A DNA stretch of 64,000 nucleotides from positions 1 to 64,000 of IMG/VR virus record IMGVR_UViG_3300015371_000005; one strand, given 5' to 3'. Shown here piece after piece: positions 8,883-17,173 of this stretch; positions within the stretch are counted from its first letter, which is position 1; the number at the start of each line of letters is the position of its first letter. A program made the translations under genes and the position numbers. Under the pieces are notes generated by a model. The model made no database searches. It had not been told where the DNA came from and saw only the letters and a program-made list of their open reading frames with translations. The DNA is from a virus.

Positions 8883-8890
8883 AGCCGCTT

Positions 8891-9454
8891 TCATGTCCCA
8901 ATCCAGTTGATCGACGTTCTGAGCATGCGAGCGTCGGCGTAGAGCGTGTCCATGAGCCGGCCGTCGTGCAGCGCCGCGCTCGGGTGGTACATCGGGAACA
9001 GCCGTGGACTGCCGGTCAAGAGCATGCCATGTGCTGCTGTGATCGTGATGTGCGGACAGAAGAACTTCAGCGCATGGCTGCCGAGCGGAACGACCAAGCG
9101 TGGTGCAATGACCTTGAGCTGGGCGTGCAGCCAGTGCGAGTGGTGCTTGATCTCGACCGGCGTGGGATCGCGGTTGTCAGGTGGCCGAGCCTTGACGACG
9201 TTGGTGATGTAAACCTCAGGACGGCTCATTCCGGCTTCGACAAGCAGCTCGTCAAGCAAGTTACCGGCTCTCCCGACGAATGGGCGGCCGGTTTTCTCCT
9301 CGGTGGCGCCGGGTGCCTCGCCTACAAACACCACCTCGGCCTCAGAGTTCCCTTCTCCGGGCACGAACCGGGTCGCCCCTTGACACAACCCATGTGAGCA
9401 GCCCGAGTGGCGCAGAATCGATTCTGTGATCTCATCAAGCGTCACAGCGTCCAC
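8891..9454 (-). CDS. uracil-DNA glycosylase, family 4
   Basis: Family motifs [18 protein letters not shown] and HPSAAL. The start is uncertain (GTG 9454, GTG 9445 as a GTGA overlap, or ATG 9529). Confidence 0.8.
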   Translation of the reverse strand: MDAVTLDEITESILRHSGCSHGLCQGATRFVPGEGNSEAEVVFVGEAPGATEEKTGRPFVGRAGNLLDELLVEAGMSRPEVYITNVVKARPPDNRDPTPVEIKHHSHWLHAQLKVIAPRLVVPLGSHALKFFCPHITITAAHGMLLTGSPRLFPMYHPSAALHDGRLMDTLYADARMLRTSINWIGT

Positions 9455-9597
9455 CTTCTGCCGCACCCGAAGCAGCGATACCACGCCATTGTGCTGATGA
9501 ATCTGATTACGCCGCCGCAGTGATGGCACTTGCCAGTACGACCGTCATCCGAGTTGATGATTTCGTTGTAGATCTGTGGCGGTAGCTGAGGAATCAT
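9442..9597 (-). CDS. small zinc-ribbon protein
   Basis: CHHCGG...CFGCG pairs. ATG at 9597 overlaps the helicase stop (ATGA). Confidence 0.6.
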   Translation of the reverse strand: MIPQLPPQIYNEIINSDDGRTGKCHHCGGVIRFISTMAWYRCFGCGRRWTL

Positions 9598-11102
9598 AGC
9601 GACACATCGATATTCAGCTTGTCGTAGCACTTGTACCTCCGGTTGCGGAACTGTCCCTTCAAGATACTTACGTTGTTGTCAAGGAAATCGAAGATGACTG
9701 TCGCCTTCTTACCAGGATGGCTACGCGAGCCTCGGCCGATCTTCTGCTGCGTAACCTTGGCATTGCCATTCGGGAAAACGAGATAGACGCGATCAATCGG
9801 CGGGATGTCAAGCCCTTCCTTAGCTACAGTAGCAAAGACGAGCGCTGAGGGCGCCTGCTTGATGCGCTCGACCATCGTCTTGCGATCCTTGCCCTTGATG
9901 CGGCCTGTCAACATGAACATCTCGGGCGTATCATTGGTCAAGCTTGTCATCTGATACGTAGAGTAAAGTGCTTCGAGATGTCTGACCTCATCGGAGATGA
10001 CAAGATGGTGATGTTGGCCCTTTTGACACTCAGCTTCGATGGTTTCGCAGATAAGCTGATTGCGTCCGTCATCATGAACCAGCTTGTCTTTGAGGCCCTG
10101 GTAGTTGTTGCGATGGCCGTGAGGGCGCTTGATTGAGCACCCCGGTACCTTGCACTCGCCCTTCTCGTTAGACTGGTGATCAGGCCAGTAGGTAAACTTG
10201 AAGTTTGTGCGAACGACTTCGACATGAGGCTTGACAATGATCCCGAGCTTACGAAGCTCATTTTCGTCATCCTTGTGGAAGACTTCTCCGAGGACCGCTT
10301 GCGTAACCTCGAACTTTCCGTCAACACGATCTGGCGTGGCGCTGGGACCAATCCGCATGCGAGCCCAGAACTCAGTAACGATGAACTGAATTGTCTCGGC
10401 TGAGACATGGTGGCATTCATCGATAATCATGTTGTCGTAGAACCGGAAGAAAACCGATCTGAGCAGCGCTAAATCGTCTTTTCCCTTCTTCATCGCAGAC
10501 CAGATTGTCTGCACAGTGGCAACGTTCACACGCCGGCTATCAATCCACTGTCCATCACCGATCTGACCGGCCTTGAGCCCCAGCCAGTAGTCAAAGCCAG
10601 CGATCCACTGGTTCATCAGATCGATTCTGTCAACCAAGATAATGGTGTGCGCAGGGTGCGTGTCGTGGATGAAACGCATGCAGGTAACCATCTTGCCCGA
10701 GCCCGTCGGCGCCTCGTAGATCCCCTGCTCGTGCTTGCGCATCAGCTTGACAGCACGTGCCTGATGCTTGAAGCGCGGATCAGGCTCATTGCGCCAGACA
10801 AACGGCTTGCCTTGTCGCCATTTGCGTCTGTCAACCCAGACGACCTTGATGTTGTTCTCGCGCAAAAGCAGCTTGAGCTGTAGCGCATAGCCACGCGGCA
10901 TGACAACGGTATCGCCGATCAGATCACTTAGCTGGAAGAACTCAGGAAGCTCCCACCAGCCCCAGCGATTGGCCCGCTCAGCCTTGACGCGGGCATCGTT
11001 AGGTATCTCCAGTTCGTCGAAGATCTGATTGGTAAGATCATGCCCAATAAGGTTGCCATCGACACGGAGACAGTTATCTACTATGACGGGAATTGACCGC
11101 AC
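9594..11102 (-). CDS. SF2 DEAD/DEAH-box type DNA helicase
   Basis: Motif I APTGSGKM, motif II IIDECHH, motif III SATP, motif VI QKIGRGSR. GTG start. Confidence 0.85.
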   Translation of the reverse strand: MRSIPVIVDNCLRVDGNLIGHDLTNQIFDELEIPNDARVKAERANRWGWWELPEFFQLSDLIGDTVVMPRGYALQLKLLLRENNIKVVWVDRRKWRQGKPFVWRNEPDPRFKHQARAVKLMRKHEQGIYEAPTGSGKMVTCMRFIHDTHPAHTIILVDRIDLMNQWIAGFDYWLGLKAGQIGDGQWIDSRRVNVATVQTIWSAMKKGKDDLALLRSVFFRFYDNMIIDECHHVSAETIQFIVTEFWARMRIGPSATPDRVDGKFEVTQAVLGEVFHKDDENELRKLGIIVKPHVEVVRTNFKFTYWPDHQSNEKGECKVPGCSIKRPHGHRNNYQGLKDKLVHDDGRNQLICETIEAECQKGQHHHLVISDEVRHLEALYSTYQMTSLTNDTPEMFMLTGRIKGKDRKTMVERIKQAPSALVFATVAKEGLDIPPIDRVYLVFPNGNAKVTQQKIGRGSRSHPGKKATVIFDFLDNNVSILKGQFRNRRYKCYDKLNIDVSL

Positions 11103-11137
11103 TGGACAAGCCTATCACGGCGAGCTACACTGTCTGT

Positions 11138-11190
11138 CGGCCAGAGAGGGCACATGCGACGCATGCCGGACCCACAGTCCTCTCTGGCCG
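11138..11190. repeat. 12-bp inverted repeat with nested palindrome in a divergent intergenic region
   Basis: CGGCCAGAGAGG (11138-11149) pairs with CCTCTCTGGCCG (11179-11190). The inner palindrome is CATGCG-A-CGCATG. Confidence 0.6.
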
Positions 11191-11214
11191 CTATACTGAC
11201 AACCAGGGGGACGC

Positions 11215-11448
11215 ATGCGCTACATCGTCAGGCGCTACAGACGCATCTTCGGGCCACCGCCTGGCGAGGCCGTGCGTCTCGCTCTACTGATACCAGACAG
11301 ATTCCTGTGTGAACCAGATTGGGGGTTCGACACAATAGAATTCAAGTGGCCTATTCGCAAGCTTGACACGACGTATCACGATCGTCGTCTAGCAAAACGC
11401 CTAAAAGATCCGGAGTTTCGCGCGGCGTTTGAAACGCGCTGGACATAA
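11215..11448 (+). CDS. hypothetical protein
   Basis: 77-aa ORF. Its upstream CTGACAACC-AGGGGG-N4-ATG layout is the same as for other plus-strand genes. Confidence 0.45.
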   Translation: MRYIVRRYRRIFGPPPGEAVRLALLIPDRFLCEPDWGFDTIEFKWPIRKLDTTYHDRRLAKRLKDPEFRAAFETRWT

Positions 11449-11469
11449 TTCAAGTGGCCCACGAACGCC

Positions 11470-11496
11470 GGAGTCTGAGAGAGCGGCAAAGACTCC
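11470..11496. terminator. hairpin between convergent genes
   Basis: 7-bp stem GGAGTCT/AGACTCC with a 13-nt loop. There is no clear U tract. Confidence 0.3.
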
Positions 11497-11545
11497 AACG
11501 CTCGTGAGCCGTCTCGGGAGAGGCTGTCCCATCCCTTCCCAAGTG

Positions 11546-11785
11546 CTAGAGGGAAACTCCCTCGTACAAGATCCAACCGCCAGATTCGTGTGCACCGATC
11601 CAACCAGAGTTCACAAGCTCATTGATCTCTGCTGTGGCCTGTGGCTGCTGGCCTGCATACTTGCGATCCACATAAAGGCTCATTGTCTCGCACAGTTGCA
11701 GAACAAGATTGTCGTCTGATCGTGCGACCATCCGCCCGAACAAAGCCCTGGCCTCGATGCTTGGTGAGATGATTGTCGTTTCCAT
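11546..11785 (-). CDS. hypothetical protein
   Basis: 79-aa reading frame from the internal ATG of ORF 11546-11905. Upstream lies CAATCAGATAGAAAG, similar to the leader of gene 699-1160. Confidence 0.5.
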   Translation of the reverse strand: METTIISPSIEARALFGRMVARSDDNLVLQLCETMSLYVDRKYAGQQPQATAEINELVNSGWIGAHESGGWILYEGVSL

Positions 11786-11818
11786 TGTCTTGCTTTCTAT
11801 CTGATTGACTAAGTGTGT

Positions 11819-11908
11819 CGCCCCGCCCACGGCGCTCGACCAGCTATCCCATGCGGGAGCAGCACGCGAGCGGGGCGCTTGTGAGACGGTGGCGGCTCCG
11901 CTCACAAG
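11819..11908 (-). other. two tandem hairpins downstream of a membrane-protein gene
   Basis: CGCCCCGC/GCGGGGCG (11819-11826 with 11870-11877) and CTTGTGAG/CTCACAAG (11878-11885 with 11901-11908). Confidence 0.4.
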
Positions 11909-11924
11909 TTGTCATATACCTGCC

Positions 11925-12128
11925 TTATTCATGTCCATTGCTCCTACCCAGAACGTATCCAGCGGCCAACCCCAAGATGCTGGCGAACATCGAAGCGAAC
12001 CCGGAAATCATTCTGGCTGCAACTGTGGAATCGCTATAGATGATCACAAATATCATTCCAGCTCCGTAGAGAATCAGGACGACAAACAATCCGATCATGA
12101 CCTTGAGGAAGAGCGCATCATTCTTCAT
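11925..12128 (-). CDS. small membrane protein (two predicted TM helices)
   Basis: 67 aa and strongly hydrophobic (IGLFVVLILYGAGMIFVII, ISGFASMFASILGLAAGYVL). SD AAAGGA. Confidence 0.6.
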   Translation of the reverse strand: MKNDALFLKVMIGLFVVLILYGAGMIFVIIYSDSTVAARMISGFASMFASILGLAAGYVLGRSNGHE

Positions 12129-12184
12129 ATTCCTTTAGTCAACTGCTTTCCGTTTTCTTCGGTATTGGGGCCTGAACGACTGAA

Positions 12185-12391
12185 CTAAGTAAACGTCATT
12201 GCTCCCTCCATTTTCTGTTGAGCCATGACTGCCTGTGCTCGTGTCATCGTCCCGCACATCGGGCAGTACCATGCATTGGCCGCAGACTTGTAAAACATCT
12301 TGTTGCCACAGCGCTCGGGCAAACCATCAATGCGATGGATTCTGCGATCACAGCGAGGTATCGCGTTCTCAATTGTCAAGTCAGTAGGCAT
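12185..12391 (-). CDS. small zinc-ribbon protein
   Basis: CDRR...CGNK...CPMCG cysteines. ATG at 12391 overlaps the upstream stop (TAATG). Confidence 0.55.
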   Translation of the reverse strand: MPTDLTIENAIPRCDRRIHRIDGLPERCGNKMFYKSAANAWYCPMCGTMTRAQAVMAQQKMEGAMTFT

Positions 12392-12876
12392 TACTTCACC
12401 GTACACCCTGCTCGCGAGGCATGACGGATGAGGTTGTTCAGATCAGCTCGTCCCATAGGAGTGTTGTAATAACCATTTCTATGTGCGATCTTCGCGAACA
12501 ATCTGGTTCTTGCACAGTCAGCGGCAATCGCAGCAGCAGCTTCTCGCCTGTCGATGGCATCGTTCTTCCGATTTACCTTTTGAATAAGATTGATGGCCTT
12601 TGCATTATCATTGACACGATCGTCGTGCTCCTTTTGACCGATATAGAACGCGAGGACCATGGCCACTGCCAGCGCGAAATACGCAATCCACACCTTGCGC
12701 ACCCACCTGTGTACGCTCTCTGTGTCAATGTAGACATCGCCACCTTGACCACCCATGCCACCACGACCGCTGGGATCGCCACCGCGTCCGCCGGTACCAC
12801 CAGTGCCGCCGAGTCCGAACTGACCCTTCTGACCGGGCTGACCAGGATGGCCTTCTCGTGGATCGCGCTCACTCAT
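12391..12876 (-). CDS. single-pass membrane protein with collagen-like Gly-X-Y N-terminus
   Basis: Nine consecutive G-X-Y triplets (GHPGQPGQKGQFGLGGTGGTGGRGGDP), then TM segment VWIAYFALAVAMVLAFYIG. ATG at 12876 overlaps the upstream stop (ATGA). Confidence 0.65.
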   Translation of the reverse strand: MSERDPREGHPGQPGQKGQFGLGGTGGTGGRGGDPSGRGGMGGQGGDVYIDTESVHRWVRKVWIAYFALAVAMVLAFYIGQKEHDDRVNDNAKAINLIQKVNRKNDAIDRREAAAAIAADCARTRLFAKIAHRNGYYNTPMGRADLNNLIRHASRAGCTVK

Positions 12877-13250
12877 CTCTTTACCTTTGGGCAATGCGAT
12901 GCCCTTCTGATTTCACTGGCAAGATCACCATGTAGATTGGCTAGTATTTCGCATGACAAGCGTTGACTCTGAACATCTGACAAGTTATTTTCAAGCCTGT
13001 TGAATAGTTCCCTGCAAGCAGCACCCTGATTGCTCTTTGAGCAAACCTGCTCGCTCTTGAACGTCGATTGAACGACCGCGACATGAGCTTTGTGCTCTGC
13101 TTGCTTGGCCACCATCTCGATACGATCGATCGACTTCTGTTGAGCATCGATGCGGTGGTTGCGCTCGATAACGCCTAGTGCAAGACCGATTGCCACTGCG
13201 ATGGCCAGCCCAAAATACGCAAACCACACTCTCATGACCCAGGGCTTCAT
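12873..13250 (-). CDS. N-terminally anchored membrane protein, paralogue of 12391-12876
   Basis: RVWFAYFGLAIAVAIGLALGVIERNHRID aligns with KVWIAYFALAVAMVLAFYIGQKEHDDRVN. ATGA overlap with the upstream gene. Confidence 0.65.
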   Translation of the reverse strand: MKPWVMRVWFAYFGLAIAVAIGLALGVIERNHRIDAQQKSIDRIEMVAKQAEHKAHVAVVQSTFKSEQVCSKSNQGAACRELFNRLENNLSDVQSQRLSCEILANLHGDLASEIRRASHCPKVKR

Positions 13251-13459
13251 TGCTCAGGTCCCTTGACAATCGACGGCCCGAAGATGAGCAGTGCGATCAG
13301 CGGCGGCTCATACGGTTGCCACGTTCCCTGCAAACTCAAGTAAATTGCTAGACCAACACCGGTTACTGGACCGACAACGAGGCGAATCCATTCATTGAAT
13401 GAGCTTGGCGTCATCCTTCCGCCTGACTTTTTCGTTTGGACCATCATGAGTGCTTCCAT
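13247..13459 (-). CDS. small membrane protein (holin-like by size and topology only)
   Basis: 70 aa with two hydrophobic segments. An alternative ATG at 13447 gives an ATGA overlap. Confidence 0.55.
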   Translation of the reverse strand: MEALMMVQTKKSGGRMTPSSFNEWIRLVVGPVTGVGLAIYLSLQGTWQPYEPPLIALLIFGPSIVKGPEQ

Positions 13460-13797
13460 ACGTCAGCCCTCAATGTCCCCGAAGCCAAGTCAATTGTCCC
13501 TGCTGTCCCGTTACGAAGGACCACGGTGACAACGCCCGCTGAGGACACGTAACCAGTCATCTGTATTCCAACCAAGCTCTGGCTGAAACCGACACTCACG
13601 GTGTCGCCCAGTGCTGCACCTGTCACGTTCAGCGTGGTTGTCGTCTGCACGCCGGCACCAAGCGATGGCGGATCGTACGTGACCGATGCCGTTAGTAGTC
13701 CGACCGTTCTGGCCATGAAGCGCTCAAGATTGGCAATCCGAGCATCAATGCGGTTGTCCTGAACCAGCATGTCGTCTTTGCGCTGGATCTTGCTCAT
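13444..13797 (-). CDS. hypothetical tail-associated protein
   Basis: 117 aa, beta-rich and Thr/Gly/Val-rich, at the end of the tail module. ATGA overlap with the upstream gene. Confidence 0.6.
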   Translation of the reverse strand: MSKIQRKDDMLVQDNRIDARIANLERFMARTVGLLTASVTYDPPSLGAGVQTTTTLNVTGAALGDTVSVGFSQSLVGIQMTGYVSSAGVVTVVLRNGTAGTIDLASGTLRADVWKHS

Positions 13798-15017
13798 GGC
13801 GCGATCTGGAGTTGGCCGAGCTTTTCATTGCCAGAGTCATCGATATCAACCGACATACCGAAGACACGAACAGCTTGATTGGTGATGTTCCCGCGCGGAG
13901 GAAGCTTGGCAGTGACGCGAATCTGATCACCAACGCGGTAGTCAACGAACGGCTCTGGCGAGCTGTTGATCGAGGTGTAGCCGAATGGCGTTACTCCATA
14001 CGTGACGAGTCCATTGGCGCGGACCAGAACCTCTGCTCCTGCATAGGCCAGCAGGACTGCATTGTCATTGATACCAGAGATCTGCTCCACCTCTTCTATC
14101 AAGCCAATCTGATCGATGCGGGTTACATCGTCCTTGAAGGCCGGTGTGGTGGCAGCATCACCCTGTGCCAGGAGGTAGTTGACCTCGCGCTCACCATCGA
14201 GATCGCGATTGAAGGCCGCAGCGTTACGTGGCCCCCAGTTGAAGCCAACAATCACGTTATCCATAACGCGCCGATAGCGGCGATGACAAGTCAGAACCCT
14301 GGTCTTGGGGTCAAGCGATATATCACATCCATTCTCAATGTTGACAATTTGATCGATGATAGGCCCGACGTACTGATACTTGGCAACCTTGAAGTTGCGC
14401 GGAGCAGCGACGTAGGAAGTTGCCCCGCCGACACCTTCGTTGGGCAGCGTTCCGCCCCACTTGACCCACGTTGACGTGTTCGGCAGTGAGCCTGCGGGCC
14501 AGCGCACCGAGTAGCCGTCTGGCGCCGTGTAGGACGAGACGCCGGTGTTCATCTCGAAGCTCGGTCCGGCGGGATCGCCGTTGAGCTTCTGGACCAGATC
14601 GCGGATAATCAAGCTGTCATCGGTCGTGCTCCAGAGCATGTCTGTTCTGACATAGCGCTTCTGAAGGCGCTCCATCCAGCCCAGACATGAGATCACCATC
14701 TTGTTGTCAGTCCAATTCTCATTGATGGTGCGAACATAGCCTGACCAGATTGCATCCCAGATCTCACCATGGTTGCCGCCGGCCTGCCATGTCCGTGTTG
14801 CGCGCCAGTTGAAGCGCTCGGCGATGATCCCAGTCTTGTACTTCTCGATGGTGGCTGCGTAGTGCGCATCCATCGGATAGGTGAAATCAGAGCTACCGGG
14901 CTTGTTTGCAAGCACGTTGAGCTTACGGCCACTGGCTTGCCGCAGTTCACCGATTCTGCTCAGATCAAGAGAATTCACGAGGATGAAGCGCCATTTGGGT
15001 CGGTAGACAAAGGCCAT
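13794..15017 (-). CDS. minor tail protein (Tal-like position)
   Basis: 407 aa, downstream of the Dit-like gene, with TAATG coupling. Confidence 0.65.
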   Translation of the reverse strand: MAFVYRPKWRFILVNSLDLSRIGELRQASGRKLNVLANKPGSSDFTYPMDAHYAATIEKYKTGIIAERFNWRATRTWQAGGNHGEIWDAIWSGYVRTINENWTDNKMVISCLGWMERLQKRYVRTDMLWSTTDDSLIIRDLVQKLNGDPAGPSFEMNTGVSSYTAPDGYSVRWPAGSLPNTSTWVKWGGTLPNEGVGGATSYVAAPRNFKVAKYQYVGPIIDQIVNIENGCDISLDPKTRVLTCHRRYRRVMDNVIVGFNWGPRNAAAFNRDLDGEREVNYLLAQGDAATTPAFKDDVTRIDQIGLIEEVEQISGINDNAVLLAYAGAEVLVRANGLVTYGVTPFGYTSINSSPEPFVDYRVGDQIRVTAKLPPRGNITNQAVRVFGMSVDIDDSGNEKLGQLQIAP

Positions 15018-15934
15018 TACATCCAGGTGTCGTAGTTCCAGCTTCCGAGCGAAGAAGCTGACGTCAATCCTGTTGCAGAGAATCTGATCTGGTTCAGTGT
15101 TCCTGGCTCATAGGAAAGGTCAGTGCTCGTGGGATCGACAAAGCTCCACCGGTCTGCACTGTCGCTCTTGCGGTAGATGGTAGGCGGCGCTGTCATGTCA
15201 ATCACCCATGTCTCACCGTTGGGGATGTTGCCGGTGAAGCCAAGGAAGGTGTCGTTTGTCTCATTGACGATCTGAGGAGCGTTTGCCGGCCCGCTGATCT
15301 CAAGATATGGCTGTGCCTTGAAGTTGCCCATGTTGGGCGCCTGGAACACAATGGCATTCACAGATGAACTGCCAGCATAGACCCAGGGCTTGTAGCTACG
15401 CAGGACGCTGAGGAAACGCGGGCTGCTGGCACGAAGTGTGATGCTGAATGGCCGTTCAAAGTGATTGAGCGTCGTCTGTGCATCCGGCATCTCAAGCTTC
15501 TGCGACTTCTTGCACCAGATTTGCAAGTCCTCTTCTGGAGCTGTGCCGTGGAAGATCAGCGGAAGCTCCTGATCGAGGTCTGCGAAGGCCGCGCGCAATG
15601 CCTGTTCCATGTCGCGCAGCTTCCAGATCGTCTTCGTGATGATCTTTCCCTGCAATACTATTGTACGGCCACCGTACAGTGATGCGCCTGGAGTCTCACC
15701 GTGCTGACCAGGATTTGGATCGCGCGTATCACGCACATCTGCATCGTCAATCCCGAGAATGTTGTTGACGATGAATGTGTCTATCCAATTGCGAACATTG
15801 AGATAGAGGCCGTTGTATTCGATGATCGACTCGATACCACGCGGACCACTGGTCTTCGTGCCCAGCACTGAGCCATCGGGCGAGCCCGTGCCTAGACCGA
15901 AGAGTGCGCTTCTTAGTGATACGAGTGGCGGCAT
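15017..15934 (-). CDS. minor tail protein (distal tail, Dit-like)
   Basis: 305 aa. Size and position in the tail module are typical of siphovirus distal tail proteins. Confidence 0.6.
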   Translation of the reverse strand: MPPLVSLRSALFGLGTGSPDGSVLGTKTSGPRGIESIIEYNGLYLNVRNWIDTFIVNNILGIDDADVRDTRDPNPGQHGETPGASLYGGRTIVLQGKIITKTIWKLRDMEQALRAAFADLDQELPLIFHGTAPEEDLQIWCKKSQKLEMPDAQTTLNHFERPFSITLRASSPRFLSVLRSYKPWVYAGSSSVNAIVFQAPNMGNFKAQPYLEISGPANAPQIVNETNDTFLGFTGNIPNGETWVIDMTAPPTIYRKSDSADRWSFVDPTSTDLSYEPGTLNQIRFSATGLTSASSLGSWNYDTWM

Positions 15935-15937
15935 GGC

Positions 15938-16300
15938 TTACAGCTCTTCCCCAATGCCAGGCATCTGCGTGAATTCTGCTTGACGCCGAACAGCCTCCAT
16001 GTGCTGAGACTCGACCGCCTCCATTGCCTCCTTGATCTGCCTGCGCTGCTCATTGGCAATGTGCTCCGGGGTCTGGCCCTTCCACTGCTCATCGTCAGCA
16101 GAAAACAGGATGTCAAACTCATGCACAACTTGTTCTCTGATCTCGATATTGACCAGCGGCTTGTCATCGTCATCGAGGACTTGGTTGTCATCGTTATCAA
16201 GCACAGGAACTTCCACGGGCTCTTCCTGAATTACATTGATGACAACCCTGTAGACCTCCTGTTCCTCGTCGTGGTAATGATCCTTGATGATTTGCTTCAT
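15938..16300 (-). CDS. hypothetical acidic protein
   Basis: 120 aa and Asp/Glu-rich. ATGA overlap with the fibre gene upstream. Confidence 0.6.
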   Translation of the reverse strand: MKQIIKDHYHDEEQEVYRVVINVIQEEPVEVPVLDNDDNQVLDDDDKPLVNIEIREQVVHEFDILFSADDEQWKGQTPEHIANEQRRQIKEAMEAVESQHMEAVRRQAEFTQMPGIGEEL

Positions 16301-17172
16301 GCGATTCTCACAATGTAGTTGTCTATCTCGTAAGGGTGCATAACGTTCATGGGAGTGGTGGAACCCACTGTTGTCGTGTTCCTTGTTCCTCCGCCAATAG
16401 CCCAGTTGGCCTGAGTTCCAGTACCTGCAAGCGATGTAGACAGGTATTGGTAATCCATGACGTGAGCATGAGCGACAAGTTCACTCAGCGTCTGTGTATG
16501 ACGCTCTTCGCCACCGTTCTGCCCGAGCGCGCGATTGGAATTGGGCATGCGACCAGCAGCACCTGGGCTGGAACCAACCAATCTTGTCCCAAGCATATTG
16601 TCAGCACCGACACTGCTACGTCCGCGCTTGTCCGGGATGCGAACCTGGTTGCTGCCAGGATCGACACCTCCGTTGTATGCATGACCGGCTACCGTGAAGA
16701 AGCTGGCATACGTAGTCCTGTTGATGAGGCGGCCATCAGCCATGAGGAAGTGCAGTCCGGCAGGATCGCCAGAGCCCGCGTAAGGCAGTATCCCGCCGAT
16801 CGGAACGAACATCGCGAGCACATCAGCATCAAATTGAGATGCCACGATGCCATCGAGAGGAATCGAATTGAACTGGATCGTCCTGTCGGACATGCGCGCC
16901 GGCACTTCAGTATCGTGAAGCACGATGTCATAGCGACCGGCATCGACCCAGAACTGCACTGCCCCGCTGGCACCTGTGACGAACGGATTCGGTCCGCCGG
17001 CGGCTCCTGCCTCTGGGGATGGCCCTTGCGTGATGCCTGTCTCGCGCTGGTAGATCGTCGCAAGGGAACCGTTGTGAACATTCACGGTGACACTGATCCC
17101 GGACAGGACGAGGTAGAAGCCAGTACCAGTATCTGTCTTGCCCAATGTGGCTTCGTAAAAGTTTCGAGGCAT
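16297..17172 (-). CDS. tail fibre protein with phage tail-collar domain (paralogue 2)
   Basis: LPYAGSGDPAGLHFLMADGRLINRTTYASFFTVAGHAYNGG...IPDKRGRSSVG matches the collar-domain pattern. The N-terminal ~100 aa align with 17174-18130. Confidence 0.8.
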   Translation of the reverse strand: MPRNFYEATLGKTDTGTGFYLVLSGISVTVNVHNGSLATIYQRETGITQGPSPEAGAAGGPNPFVTGASGAVQFWVDAGRYDIVLHDTEVPARMSDRTIQFNSIPLDGIVASQFDADVLAMFVPIGGILPYAGSGDPAGLHFLMADGRLINRTTYASFFTVAGHAYNGGVDPGSNQVRIPDKRGRSSVGADNMLGTRLVGSSPGAAGRMPNSNRALGQNGGEERHTQTLSELVAHAHVMDYQYLSTSLAGTGTQANWAIGGGTRNTTTVGSTTPMNVMHPYEIDNYIVRIA

Positions 17173-17173
17173 A

